NCBI GenBank assembly: GCA_965204735.1
Contig: OZ242008.1
Span: 864,001-928,000, forward strand
DNA from: Longimicrobiales bacterium
GTDB lineage: Bacteria; Gemmatimonadota; Gemmatimonadetes; Longimicrobiales; Gaopeijiaceae
Direction: 5' to 3'
DNA length: 64,000 bases
Notes under the pieces: model-generated
What the model was told of the DNA's origin: nothing
Database searches by the model: none
Seen by the model: the letters and a program-made list of their open reading frames with translations, nothing else
Shown here: positions 38,400 to 47,887 of the stretch, in pieces
Numbering within the stretch: the stretch's first letter is position 1
Layout of the letters: each line of letters starts with the position of its first letter
Program-made: the position numbers and the translations under genes

Positions 38400-39739
38400 A
38401 CCCCAGGTCGCTGGCCGCGAACGGCCCAATACGCCACTTCGACGACGCGTATGCGAACGCTGTTGCTTCCCTGGGAGACCTGCTCCAGACGAAGGCCGAC
38501 GGTTGGCGAGCCCTTCTGATCGCGGACCTGACCGGGCGGCTGCGCATCATTCTTTGGTGTCCCCCTGGGAGTTGGGACGAGGGGCAACGCAGCTTCGCCC
38601 AGGCGATGATCTCCGCCTGCGGACCGTACTGGTCGGGCGATGTTGTGCAGGGTCGCACGGGCAATGATCACCCGGATGCTTCTTGGCAGGAAGAGGCTTG
38701 GGAACAAGCGGAGAGCGTCGAAGGGCCTTGCCGCCGCTTGAGGACGATGCAACGGCACAGGGCCAAGTCGGCTTGGTTCGACACTCCAAACGACCCGCCG
38801 TGGCCAGGCGGCGAGAACAGCTGCACGATCGCGCTCTTCTACTCGTTCAAGGGGGGTGTTGGTCGCTCCACAGCCCTCGCCGCGGCCGCGTTGCGACTGG
38901 CCGCCGACGGAGAACGCGTTGTCGTCGTGGACGCCGACTTCGACGCTCCGGGCGTGGGGTCGTTCTTGCCCGATCGCGACGGCGCCACCTCCCGTCACGG
39001 AGCGGTCGACTACCTGCTTGAGCAACCCGTCTTGGCGACCGGCGATGCGGATGCCGTCATTGATGACTACCTTCACAGATGCTCCTTCACGCATTCCGGC
39101 ATCGACGGGGAAATACTTGTCCTTCCCGCCGGAACACTGAACACCGCCTTCATCCACAAGCTTGCGCGAGTAGGCTACGCACGTTCGTCGTCCGACGACA
39201 CGCATCCTTTTGTGTCTTTGTTGCAGACGATTCGAAAAACCCTGGAGCCTAGTTGGATACTGGTGGATTCGCGGGCGGGACTTGGGGAGATTTCCGGTCT
39301 TCTGACAAGCGGCCTGTGTCACATAAACGTGCTGTTCGGAGCGCTTGCGGAGGCAAGTTGGCATGGCGTCGGACTGTTGCTTGATCGACTGGGCGCGAGT
39401 CGGATGCGTGGAACAGCGTCTCGGCCTCAGGCGGAGTGCGTCTGGGTCGCTTCCATGGTGCCGCGTCGAGAACACAACACGATAGCCGCAAGGTTCGAGG
39501 AGCGGTCTCGCGACTTGTTTTCGGAAAGCTACTACGCCGACCCGAGCCTCGGAGAAAAATACTGGACGTTGGACGACTTGGAAGACGACGATGCTCCTCA
39601 TGTCCCAGTGACGGTGCTCTACGACTCGGCCCTCGCTGATATCGCGAACGTGAACGACGTCGCCGAGCACTTGCTTCAGTCATGGCCTTATAAACGCCTT
39701 GTCGATCGCTTGCGCACCTGTCGCGGGCGCTTGCCGTGA
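38396..39739 (+). CDS. ParA/MinD-like ATPase (KGGVGR variant) with N-terminal extension
   Basis: FYSFKGGVGRST, VDADFDAPG and LVDSRAG; ATGA overlap. Confidence 0.88.
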   Translation: MNPRSLAANGPIRHFDDAYANAVASLGDLLQTKADGWRALLIADLTGRLRIILWCPPGSWDEGQRSFAQAMISACGPYWSGDVVQGRTGNDHPDASWQEEAWEQAESVEGPCRRLRTMQRHRAKSAWFDTPNDPPWPGGENSCTIALFYSFKGGVGRSTALAAAALRLAADGERVVVVDADFDAPGVGSFLPDRDGATSRHGAVDYLLEQPVLATGDADAVIDDYLHRCSFTHSGIDGEILVLPAGTLNTAFIHKLARVGYARSSSDDTHPFVSLLQTIRKTLEPSWILVDSRAGLGEISGLLTSGLCHINVLFGALAEASWHGVGLLLDRLGASRMRGTASRPQAECVWVASMVPRREHNTIAARFEERSRDLFSESYYADPSLGEKYWTLDDLEDDDAPHVPVTVLYDSALADIANVNDVAEHLLQSWPYKRLVDRLRTCRGRLP

Positions 39740-39749
39740 GGAAGTGGCG

Positions 39750-41252
39750 GTGACAGTCATGAAGCCGCTCACCAAGGCTCGTTGCGCGGCTCTCCGTTGG
39801 CAGCTGCGGGATCTCGGCTACGGCCAAGCCGAAGCCGAGTTGCCGGAGATGTTTCCCGTTAGACTGTATCCGGTTGCCGATCACCTGAGGGCCCTTGACC
39901 CGAGAGTGGTTTTGGTCGTCGGCTCGAGAGGGGCGGGAAAGAGCGAGCTGTTTCGAACTTTCTTCAAGCAAGAAGCAGATGTGCGCCACTCGGTCATGGG
40001 CTACGCCCCGTTCGCCAAGTCCCGGGTGCCGTCGTTCGAGAGCGCCCAATGGTTGCCCGCCTATCCCCAGGGCACGAACTTCCCGGACCAGTTATCTCTC
40101 AGTCGCAACATCCAGACCGACGAACAGGCTCAGCATGCATGGCATGCGATGCTTGTACGGTGTCTGCAGGACGAGCTTGACGAGAAGTTGTTGCATGAAC
40201 TCCAACCGATTCTTCAGCCCCGGGCAGCCGAGTTGGAGGCGATCCTGGAAGGAATGGAGTCGCTGACGGTTAGTCCGACCGTCGCATTGGACGCTTTGGA
40301 AGAAAGGTTGGCACATGAAGACAGGTGGCTGTTCGTGGGCTACGACGAACTGGACACGCTGGGCGGAACCCAGTGGTCCTTGATGGCAAGAATGATTAGA
40401 GGATTGATGGCGTTCTGGTCCGGCTACGGCAGGCGGTGGCAGCGCCTGCGAGCCAAGATTTTTCTCCGATCCGACCTCTTTCGGCGACACGCCGACATGG
40501 GCACTGCCGATTTTGCCAAGCTCGCCGCCAATCGTGCCGAGCTAGTGTGGTCGAACGCGGCGATCCTTGGGATGTTGGTCAAGAGGATCGCGAATACGTC
40601 GTCGGAGCTGGCGGAGTACTGCAGGGGTACGAAAACCAAAATCGGGTTCGAACAGCATGCCCGGCTGGGACTCATTCCACGAGTGGAGCGTCCAGAGGAC
40701 GCATTTCCGTTGTTGGAACGAATGGTTGGCGAGCACATGGGAGCCACCAGGAAGAAGGGCTATGTTCGCAACTGGATATTCACGCACTTGCATGACGGCA
40801 ACAAGCATATAAGCCCTCGAACGATGGTCCGGCTATTCGAGAACGCTGCCACCAAGGATGCGGCGAACCAACTAGTGTCCGCACCTCGGCTGCTGCACCC
40901 TACTGCCCTTCGGCAGGGCCTGAGCGACGTAGCGAGAGACCACGTCACCCAAGGACATCACGAGTGGCCGTGGCTGGAAGGGGTCGAACGTCGTCTCGCC
41001 GTGGAGCCGCTCGTACCATGGCCACGCAGGCGCTTCAATGCGCTGTTGTCGAAAGAGTGGAGCGGGGATTGGCATGCTTCCGGTCCTGCTGTTCGACCGC
41101 CGACCGATCGACCGGCCGACCTTGCCGACTACCTGATTGAACTGGGAATCGTGCGAAAGCGCACGGACGACAGGATCGACGTTCCTGATCTCTATCTGTT
41201 TGGTCTTGGCCTTCGACGCAAGGGAGGGGTCAAGGCGAGAGCTGGCGCGTAG
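39750..41252 (+). CDS. P-loop ATPase (Sll1717/STAND-like)
   Basis: VVGSRGAGKS, YDELD, KIFLRSD, SPR and C-terminal PDLYLFGLGLRRKGG. Confidence 0.8.
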   Translation: MTVMKPLTKARCAALRWQLRDLGYGQAEAELPEMFPVRLYPVADHLRALDPRVVLVVGSRGAGKSELFRTFFKQEADVRHSVMGYAPFAKSRVPSFESAQWLPAYPQGTNFPDQLSLSRNIQTDEQAQHAWHAMLVRCLQDELDEKLLHELQPILQPRAAELEAILEGMESLTVSPTVALDALEERLAHEDRWLFVGYDELDTLGGTQWSLMARMIRGLMAFWSGYGRRWQRLRAKIFLRSDLFRRHADMGTADFAKLAANRAELVWSNAAILGMLVKRIANTSSELAEYCRGTKTKIGFEQHARLGLIPRVERPEDAFPLLERMVGEHMGATRKKGYVRNWIFTHLHDGNKHISPRTMVRLFENAATKDAANQLVSAPRLLHPTALRQGLSDVARDHVTQGHHEWPWLEGVERRLAVEPLVPWPRRRFNALLSKEWSGDWHASGPAVRPPTDRPADLADYLIELGIVRKRTDDRIDVPDLYLFGLGLRRKGGVKARAGA

Positions 41253-41422
41253 CAGGCAGGGCCGTCCGCGACGCGGCGGAGCCAGATGGCGGGCCTGCCG
41301 CCCCCCGGTAAGCATCCGGCTTCTTCGGCGTATCCTTGGGACCGCTCCGCGCAACGCGGGCGGGACGAACCCGGATCCCGCGCGACCGCAGGGACCCATC
41401 CCCCCGAGGAGAACCATCCGAA

Positions 41423-42697
41423 ATGAGAATCGAGACGCTGGCCGTCCACGCCGGCTACGAGCCCGACCCGACCACGAAGGCGGTGGCGGTGCCGATCTAC
41501 CAGACCACCGCCTACGCCTTCGACGACACCCAGCACGGGGCTGACCTCTTCGACCTGAAGGTCGAGGGCAACATCTACACCCGGATCATGAACCCGACCC
41601 AGGCGGTGCTGGAGCAGCGGCTGGCGGCGCTGGAAGGGGGCGTCGGCGCCCTTGCGCTCTCGTCGGGACAGGCCGCTTCGACCTACGCGGTCCTGACCAT
41701 CGCCGGCGCTGGCGACAACATCGTCAGCACGTCCACCCTCTACGGGGGCACCTACAACCTCTTCGCCCACACCTTCCCGCAGCTCGGGATCGAGACGCGC
41801 TTCGTGGCGCCGAACGACTTCGACGCAGTCGCGGCGCAGATCGACGAGCGGACCAAGGCGGTCTACTGCGAATCGATCGGCAACCCCGCCGGGAACGTGG
41901 CGGACGTGGAGCGGATCGCCGAGGTGGCCCACGCCCAGGGCGTGCCGGTGATCGTCGACAACACGGTGCCCACCCCCTACCTCTCCCGCCCCTTCGAGCA
42001 CGGCGCCGACATCGTGGTCCACTCGATCACGAAGTACATCGGAGGACACGGCACGATCATCGGCGGCGCCCTCGTCGACTCGGGGACCTTCGACTGGGCT
42101 GCCCACCCGGAGCGCTTCCCGAGCCTCACCCAGCCCGACGCCTCCTACCACGGCATGGTCTACACCGAGGCCGTGGGCGAGCTGGCCTACATCGTCCGGG
42201 CCAGGGTCGTGCCGCTCCGCAACATCGGCGCCGCCATCTCGCCCCACACCGCGTTTCTCGCCCTCCAGGGGCTGGAGACGCTCCCGCTGCGGATGGACCG
42301 GATATGCGACAACGCGACGGCGGTGGCCGAACACCTCCGGCAGCGTCCGCAAGTCGAATGGGTGCGCTACGCCGGACTGGCCGACAGCCCCGAGCAGCCT
42401 CTCCTTAAGAAGTACGCGGGCGGGCGCGCGGCGGGCATCCTCAGCTTCGGGATCAAGGGCGGTCGGGAAGCCGGCGCGCGCTTCATCGACGCGCTGCAGC
42501 TCGTGACCCGCTTGGTGAACATCGGCGACGCCAAGTCGCTGGCCACCCATCCGGCCACCACCACGCACCGGCAGCTTTCGGAGAAAGAGCTGGCGGACAC
42601 CGGCGTCACGGAGGACTTGGTGCGGCTCTCCATCGGGATCGAGCACGTGGACGACATCGTGGAGGACCTGGACCAGGCGCTGGCAGCGGCAGAGTAG
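41423..42697 (+). CDS. metY: O-acetylhomoserine aminocarboxypropyltransferase/sulfhydrylase
   Basis: PIYQTT, YTRIMNPT, HSITKYIGGHG (PLP Lys) and NIGDAKSL. Confidence 0.95.
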   Translation: MRIETLAVHAGYEPDPTTKAVAVPIYQTTAYAFDDTQHGADLFDLKVEGNIYTRIMNPTQAVLEQRLAALEGGVGALALSSGQAASTYAVLTIAGAGDNIVSTSTLYGGTYNLFAHTFPQLGIETRFVAPNDFDAVAAQIDERTKAVYCESIGNPAGNVADVERIAEVAHAQGVPVIVDNTVPTPYLSRPFEHGADIVVHSITKYIGGHGTIIGGALVDSGTFDWAAHPERFPSLTQPDASYHGMVYTEAVGELAYIVRARVVPLRNIGAAISPHTAFLALQGLETLPLRMDRICDNATAVAEHLRQRPQVEWVRYAGLADSPEQPLLKKYAGGRAAGILSFGIKGGREAGARFIDALQLVTRLVNIGDAKSLATHPATTTHRQLSEKELADTGVTEDLVRLSIGIEHVDDIVEDLDQALAAAE

Positions 42698-42965
42698 AGG
42701 AGTCGGGCCGGCGCTGGCCGGACGGTTTCGGGCCGACGACCTGCCTCTCCGACCAGCCGCAGACGCGACCTCTCAACCCCTCCGGACTCGGTCGCCGTGG
42801 GGTCGGAGGCGCGCCCGGAACCAAGGCGCGTCTCCGGTCCCATGGCGTCCGCGGTCCCGTGCTCCCACCTTGCAGTGCATTCCCAGCAAGCGCCCGCCGC
42901 ACGCTTCCGGGTCGCCCGGCGGCAGTGCTTGGGCTTGCCACCACCGACCCCCATCGGAGTTCGTC

Positions 42966-43607
42966 ATGAAGTCTTGGACCCAAGCCCCGGCGGCATCCGT
43001 CGCCCTCGCGATCGTCGCTGCGGTCGCGGTCGCAGCCGGCTTCGCGCCCAGCGCCTTCGCCCAGACCCGGGTCCTCGGCCCAGCGGACGGCCACGACCTG
43101 CCCGCCACCGATCTGGAGCGCGTGGCCGTGGGCGCCGAGGCCCCGCTCTTCGCCTTGGAGTCCTTCGGCGGCGGGACCGTCGCCCTGGCGGAGTACCGAG
43201 GCGTGAAGAACGTCGTTCTCGTCTTCTACCGCGGGCACTGGTGACCCTGGTGCGCCCGTCAGCTCGGCGAGCTGAGAGACCTCTTGCCCCCGCACCTGAC
43301 GGCGGAAACCGAGATCGTGACGGTTTCGGTGGACGACCAGGAGAAGCAGCAGATGATGATCGACAGGATCGTGGCGGAAGGCGGCGCGGTCCCGGACTTC
43401 ACCATGCTCTCCGACCCGGACCACCGCGTGATCGACCGCTACGGCCTCTTCAACCCCGACTCGCGTCCGAACCGACCGGTTCCCCATCCAGCGACCTACG
43501 TGATCGACAAGGAGGGGATCGTGCGGTGGGGGTTCGTCGAGGTGGACTACCGGCTGCGGCCCTCCAACGAGGACGTCTTGGCGGCCCTGCAGGCCCTGGC
43601 AGGCTAG
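42966..43607 (+). CDS. Exported AhpC/TSA peroxiredoxin-like selenoprotein (UxxC)
   Basis: In-frame TGA at 43242-43244 in VFYRGHW-U-PWCARQLGEL; the frame continues into the redoxin C-terminal half (PATYVIDKEG). Confidence 0.85.
43245..43275 (+). promoter_or_regulatory. Candidate bacterial SECIS element
   Basis: Hairpin TCAGCTC-GGC-GAGCTGA at 43259-43275, 14 nt after the TGA. Confidence 0.55.
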
Positions 43608-43779
43608 CGCCGGCCGTCCAGCTGGCGGGCGCGGCCGGCCCGCTTTCCCAACGAAAAATGCGGGGTTCGCCAGCGGAAAAAAAATAGTCCCAACGAGACA
43701 TGGGAACGCCCATCGGGGGGTATTAAACTCGGGTCACGCGGATCGAAGGCCCACCTTCCACCCATCCCGAGTCCTCCAG

Positions 43780-44448
43780 ATGAACCCTCCTCGTTGGCTC
43801 GCGCCTGGTCCTGCGCGGCGCTCTCTCCCCTCTCGGGGACGCAGCCGCCGGGCCGCAGCTCTGTCGATACTCCTCGCGACGCCGCTGACGGCGGCCGCCG
43901 CGGGGTTCATGGCAGCCGACCCGATGCGCTTGAGCCGCGCGGCAGCGCGGGCGCAGGTGATGGTCCTTGGGGGGACCTACGAAGGACGAGAAGGGGTGAT
44001 CCTGCAGTCGGGGATGAACGACTGCGGACCGGCTGCGCTGGCGAACGTGCTGAAGGTCCTCGACATCGACGCGACTTCTCTGGATTCCCTGGAAGCGCTG
44101 GCCGGCACGGGTCCAGAGGGAACCTTGGCGAGCGGCCTCGTCCGCGCCGCCGCGGCGTTCGGCCTCCAGCTCGCCCTGACGCGAGTCGAATGGGAGCGGC
44201 GGGGGCAGGTGCCGACGCCGTTCATCGCGTGGGTTCACGAGAGCCACTTCGTCGCCGTGACGGAACGGACCCAGGGCCGCTTCACGGTCTTGGATCCCCA
44301 GATGGGCCGCTACTCGATCGACGAATCCGCGTTCCGGTCGATCTGGACCGGGCAAGCGATCGTCCTTGCCCACCCGCCCAGAACTGCCGCGGCGACGCAC
44401 GTCGCGGTCCCCCGATCCCCCGATTCTCGGGAGGAGGAAGCATCATGA
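43780..44448 (+). CDS. Stand-alone C39 family cysteine peptidase with N-terminal signal/anchor
   Basis: QSGMNDCGPAAL (Cys), SHFV (His), VLDP (Asp) and F..IWTG; no ABC domain attached. Confidence 0.88.
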   Translation: MNPPRWLAPGPARRSLPSRGRSRRAAALSILLATPLTAAAAGFMAADPMRLSRAAARAQVMVLGGTYEGREGVILQSGMNDCGPAALANVLKVLDIDATSLDSLEALAGTGPEGTLASGLVRAAAAFGLQLALTRVEWERRGQVPTPFIAWVHESHFVAVTERTQGRFTVLDPQMGRYSIDESAFRSIWTGQAIVLAHPPRTAAATHVAVPRSPDSREEEAS

Positions 44449-44741
44449 GCAAGTCTCGCGCTCTCGTTCTCGCCCTGTCCCTTTCGGTTGGCCTAGCCGG
44501 GATGAACGCAGGGCTTCCCGCAGGCGCCGCCGAAGCTGCACCCACCAGCGTCACGGCCTCGCCAGACACCCTGTCGGTCGCCGAAGCTCCGATCCCGACC
44601 GCTGTCGACGTGATGGGCAGCGGCCGCTGGTGGGGAAAGGCTTGGCGGCTGGCCAAGTGCGTCGGTCTCGGGATCCTCACCGGGCTTGTCAACCCAGCGT
44701 ACAGCGGCGTCAAGTTCATGACCTGCTACTTCAGCGCCTGA
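44445..44741 (+). CDS. Peptide precursor 1 (98 aa)
   Basis: GGAGGAGG RBS, signal peptide, DVMGS|GRWWGKAWRLAKC...TCYFSA. Confidence 0.75.
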   Translation: MSKSRALVLALSLSVGLAGMNAGLPAGAAEAAPTSVTASPDTLSVAEAPIPTAVDVMGSGRWWGKAWRLAKCVGLGILTGLVNPAYSGVKFMTCYFSA

Positions 44742-44832
44742 CTCGCTGCCGTCCCTTCGTCCGGGCTAAGCGTGCCGCGACAACCAAGTGTCGAGGCATT
44801 CCCACTCAACCCGTCTTCTCGGGAGGAACACC

Positions 44833-45126
44833 ATGAAGAAGTCCCGCAGACTCGTCTTCGTCCTGGCTCTTTCGACCGGACTCCTCGGCATGAACGCTGG
44901 ACCTCCAGGCGCACTGCCGGCGCGCCCGGGTGCCGACGCCCCGTCGGCCATGCTCGGGGCTGTTCCGACCCCAGTCACCGACGCCCTCGACATCGCGGGC
45001 AGCGGCACGAAATGGAAGAGGTGGGCGTGCTGGACATGCTTCGGCGTCGGCGTTGCCGTCACCATGAGCCCCTTCGCAATAGTGGGCGCCCTCATCCTTG
45101 TCGGATGCGGAAAGGCGTGCTTCTAG
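44833..45126 (+). CDS. Peptide precursor 2 (97 aa)
   Basis: GGAGG RBS, signal similar to precursor 1 (MxKSRxLVxxL...GMNAG), DIAGS|GTKWKRWACWTC...CGKACF. Confidence 0.78.
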   Translation: MKKSRRLVFVLALSTGLLGMNAGPPGALPARPGADAPSAMLGAVPTPVTDALDIAGSGTKWKRWACWTCFGVGVAVTMSPFAIVGALILVGCGKACF

Positions 45127-45227
45127 CCTAGCACACTCTCTGCCCCCTGCTCGCTACCCTCTGGCTGGCCGCGGCGACCTGCGCCGCGGACTTCATTCGC
45201 TCATCTACCCACATCGGGAGACATGTC

Positions 45228-45521
45228 ATGAACAATTCTCGTTCTCGCACGGTCGTTCTCGCCCTCGCTCTCTCGCTCGGCCTCTCCGCACCGGGCGCCA
45301 CCCTGTCTTCGCCGTCGCCAAGCACGAGTCCTACGTCGGCCACGGTCGCCGATGTCCAGGGCGCAGGCTGGGGTGCAATCCTGGCCTGTGCGGGCTGTGT
45401 TGCCGGAGCCGTCGCCCTCATCGCGTCGGGTGGGAGCGCGGTCGCTGCGGCGCTCTCCGTCCGAGGGTCGTCGCTCGCTGCCGCAGTATGCGTCGCCGCC
45501 TGCGTCGAAGCGTTGAGGTAG
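45228..45521 (+). CDS. Peptide precursor 3 (97 aa)
   Basis: GGAG RBS, signal peptide, DVQGA|GWGAILACAGC...CVAACVEALR. Confidence 0.78.
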   Translation: MNNSRSRTVVLALALSLGLSAPGATLSSPSPSTSPTSATVADVQGAGWGAILACAGCVAGAVALIASGGSAVAAALSVRGSSLAAAVCVAACVEALR

Positions 45522-45561
45522 CAGGCTTCCTTCCTCACCCCAAAACCAAAGGACACTAGCC

Positions 45562-45855
45562 GTGAGATACACAACACTTCGCCTGGCGGTGGCACTGCTG
45601 GCAGCCTTGTCCCTCGCCCAGTCCACAGCGACAGGCTACGTGCCGGTCGAACCGGCGGCAACAGACGTTCGTCCCGCACCGCTCGCAACGGCGGAAGGCG
45701 GCCTCGTCGGAGCTGGCTGGTTCTCTACGGCCGTCTGCATCGGATGCATAGCAGGGGCCTTAGTCACCGGCGGAGCCAGCATCGCCGGACTAGTCCTGTG
45801 GGTGGCGGCGCATCCCATAATCACAGGGTTCTGCATCGGAGCCTGCGTAGCCTGA
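45562..45855 (+). CDS. Peptide precursor 4 (97 aa)
   Basis: AAAGGA RBS, signal peptide, GLVGA|GWFSTAVCIGC...CIGACVA. Confidence 0.75.
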   Translation: MRYTTLRLAVALLAALSLAQSTATGYVPVEPAATDVRPAPLATAEGGLVGAGWFSTAVCIGCIAGALVTGGASIAGLVLWVAAHPIITGFCIGACVA

Positions 45856-45928
45856 CGCCCGTCGGCTCGTTGGCCCGGGCGCGTCGAGTCGATGCGCCCG
45901 GGCCTTCTCCCCCCAACCACGAGCGAAC

Positions 45929-46492
45929 ATGACGTTCTCGACTTCCCCCGCAAAGAAGAAGGCGATGGCCGCGGTCTCGGCGGCTGGCGCCCTCGCTCTC
46001 GCCGGGGCCCCCTTTCTGCTGCTGGACGCACCCGGAACCACAAGAGGACCGCCCGAGCCCCCCTGGTCCTTTCCGGCCGTCGCGGCGCAGGGCCTGCAGG
46101 GCCATCGCTGGAGCTCTACGGCCGACTTGGCTCGGCCGGCCGCTCTCATGTACGTCGACGAAGCGTGCGTTCACTGCAAGGCGGAGCTGCGCACCTGGGA
46201 ATCGCTGGCTCCACGGGCCGACGGGGCGGAACTCTGGATCGTCGCTTCGCCGTCTTCGGACACGCGACAGGCTTCCTGGGCGCCGAGCTCGCTCCGAGGT
46301 CGCGTGCTCAGCGACGCCGACGGAAGCGTCGCGAGGGCACTGAACGTGAAGGCCGTGCCGGTCACCTTTTGGATCGATGCGACCGACACCGTGCGGTTCG
46401 TGCATGTCGGACGCAGCCCACGCCAGCGAATCGCGGAAACCATGCAGTCGATCGCCCGGACTGCACCAGCGCTGGAGACTCGTCCGAAATGA
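45929..46492 (+). CDS. Membrane-anchored redoxin/TlpA-like thiol-disulfide oxidoreductase
   Basis: N-terminal TM segment, CVHC and AVPVTFWID. Confidence 0.8.
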   Translation: MTFSTSPAKKKAMAAVSAAGALALAGAPFLLLDAPGTTRGPPEPPWSFPAVAAQGLQGHRWSSTADLARPAALMYVDEACVHCKAELRTWESLAPRADGAELWIVASPSSDTRQASWAPSSLRGRVLSDADGSVARALNVKAVPVTFWIDATDTVRFVHVGRSPRQRIAETMQSIARTAPALETRPK

Positions 46493-47139
46493 CCGACGCG
46501 AGTTCGCGGAGCCTTTCCGCGGTCAAGAGGTTTCCCGGCCACTTGGTCCCGGGCATGGACGACATCCGCGCCCACAAGCCCATCCTGGCGCCCGTCGTCG
46601 CGGGGTGGCTCCTTGCCTTCGCCTCGGCCTGGTCCCTTTGGCCTTTCATGACGAGCGCGCTGCCCCCCGAGCAGATCGACGCCGTAGGCGTGCTGTTCTG
46701 GGGATCGGCCGTGCTGGCTCCCTTCTTGATGCTGGCGAAGGCCGGCGTGCTGGCCGTCGTGGGCTGGGCAGTCCTGATTCTGTCCAACTCAGACCGGCGC
46801 CTGCGTTCTCTATACTCGATTCTGCTGTACGGCGAGGCCGTTCTGGCGGCCCAGGGCGTCTTCGCGGCAATCTTGCTGCGGGCGACCACCGACGGCGCGC
46901 CACACTCTCCGGAAGACCTCAAGGCCGCCTTGGGGCTCGCGGCGCTGGCGCCTGCGTCCAGTCCGGTCTTGCAGGCCATGGCCAGCGGCCTTACGCTGCT
47001 GCATGTTGCTTGGTACGCCTTCCTGTATGTCTGCTTTCGACGAGCGCTCGATCTGGGGCGGCTTCCGGCGTGCGCGCTGGCTGCGCTGTTCTGGCTCGCG
47101 CTGCTGGGGTTTGCAGTCGCAGGAGCTTCGTTCCTCTAA
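46489..47139 (+). CDS. Multi-pass membrane protein (Yip1-like; possibly immunity or export accessory)
   Basis: About 5 hydrophobic segments; ATGA overlap with the redoxin. Confidence 0.6.
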   Translation: MTDASSRSLSAVKRFPGHLVPGMDDIRAHKPILAPVVAGWLLAFASAWSLWPFMTSALPPEQIDAVGVLFWGSAVLAPFLMLAKAGVLAVVGWAVLILSNSDRRLRSLYSILLYGEAVLAAQGVFAAILLRATTDGAPHSPEDLKAALGLAALAPASSPVLQAMASGLTLLHVAWYAFLYVCFRRALDLGRLPACALAALFWLALLGFAVAGASFL

Positions 47140-47161
47140 CCAGCTGAGCTGATCGCGATCA

Positions 47162-47887
47162 ATGGTGAGCCTGAAGGAACTCAGCGTTCAGTATCCCAAC
47201 TTCCGCCTTGAACCACTGAGTCTCGAATTCAGCGCTGGAGAGAAGGTCGCTCTGGTGGGCGCCAACGGCGCCGGCAAGAGCACCACGCTGAAGGCCATCG
47301 CCGGCCGATCCAGGGAGTACGAGGGCGCCGTGGAGATCCGCGGCCGGGAGGTGCGTTCCCAGCTCCCGGAGATCCGCACGAAGATCGGATTCCTCCCGGA
47401 ACGCCTCCTGGGGTTCGGGTGGATGTCGGTGGAGGAGCACTTGGCCTTCCTCTCCAACTTCTTTCCGACCTGGGACCACGGCTACGCGAGGGATCTCCTC
47501 CGCCGTCTCGACCTGCCTTCCGGCTCCAAGGTCGGCACGCTCTCGAAGGGGATGGCCGTAAAGCTCTCATTGGTCGCGGCCGAGGCGTTTCGTCCGCCCA
47601 TCCTCATTCTCGACGAGCCTACGTCCGGCATCGACCCGCTCATGCGCGGCGAGCTGCTGGAAGTGGTCAATGAAGCGGTGCCCGACGGACACGACCGCTT
47701 GGTTCTATTCTCGAGCCACATCCTCGAAGACATCGAGCAGGTCTCGGACCGGGTGGTCATGTTGCGCCAGGGCAAGCTGGTAGGCGACACCACCATTGCC
47801 GACCTTCGCGCCCGCGACCCGGAATCTTCCGTCTCCCAACTCCTCTACTCCGCACTGGCGTCCGATGAACCAACATCACCTGCGTAG
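47162..47887 (+). CDS. ABC transporter ATP-binding protein
   Basis: GANGAGKST, LSKGM, LDEPTSGID and SSH motifs. Confidence 0.93.
   Translation: MVSLKELSVQYPNFRLEPLSLEFSAGEKVALVGANGAGKSTTLKAIAGRSREYEGAVEIRGREVRSQLPEIRTKIGFLPERLLGFGWMSVEEHLAFLSNFFPTWDHGYARDLLRRLDLPSGSKVGTLSKGMAVKLSLVAAEAFRPPILILDEPTSGIDPLMRGELLEVVNEAVPDGHDRLVLFSSHILEDIEQVSDRVVMLRQGKLVGDTTIADLRARDPESSVSQLLYSALASDEPTSPA

Noticed and set aside
38396..39739. Plasmid or chromosome partition ParA
   Set aside because: No parB/parS or rep gene; KGGVGR variant with a long N-terminal extension, coupled to HEPN and a second ATPase.
41253..41422. SAM riboswitch upstream of metY
   Set aside because: GC-rich hairpins are possible, but no SAM-I/II consensus is recognisable.
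44445..45855. Lanthipeptide, sactipeptide/ranthipeptide or glycocin assignment
   Set aside because: No LanB/C/M, radical SAM or glycosyltransferase nearby; signal peptides and a CxxC redoxin favour disulfides. Enzymes acting in trans cannot be excluded.
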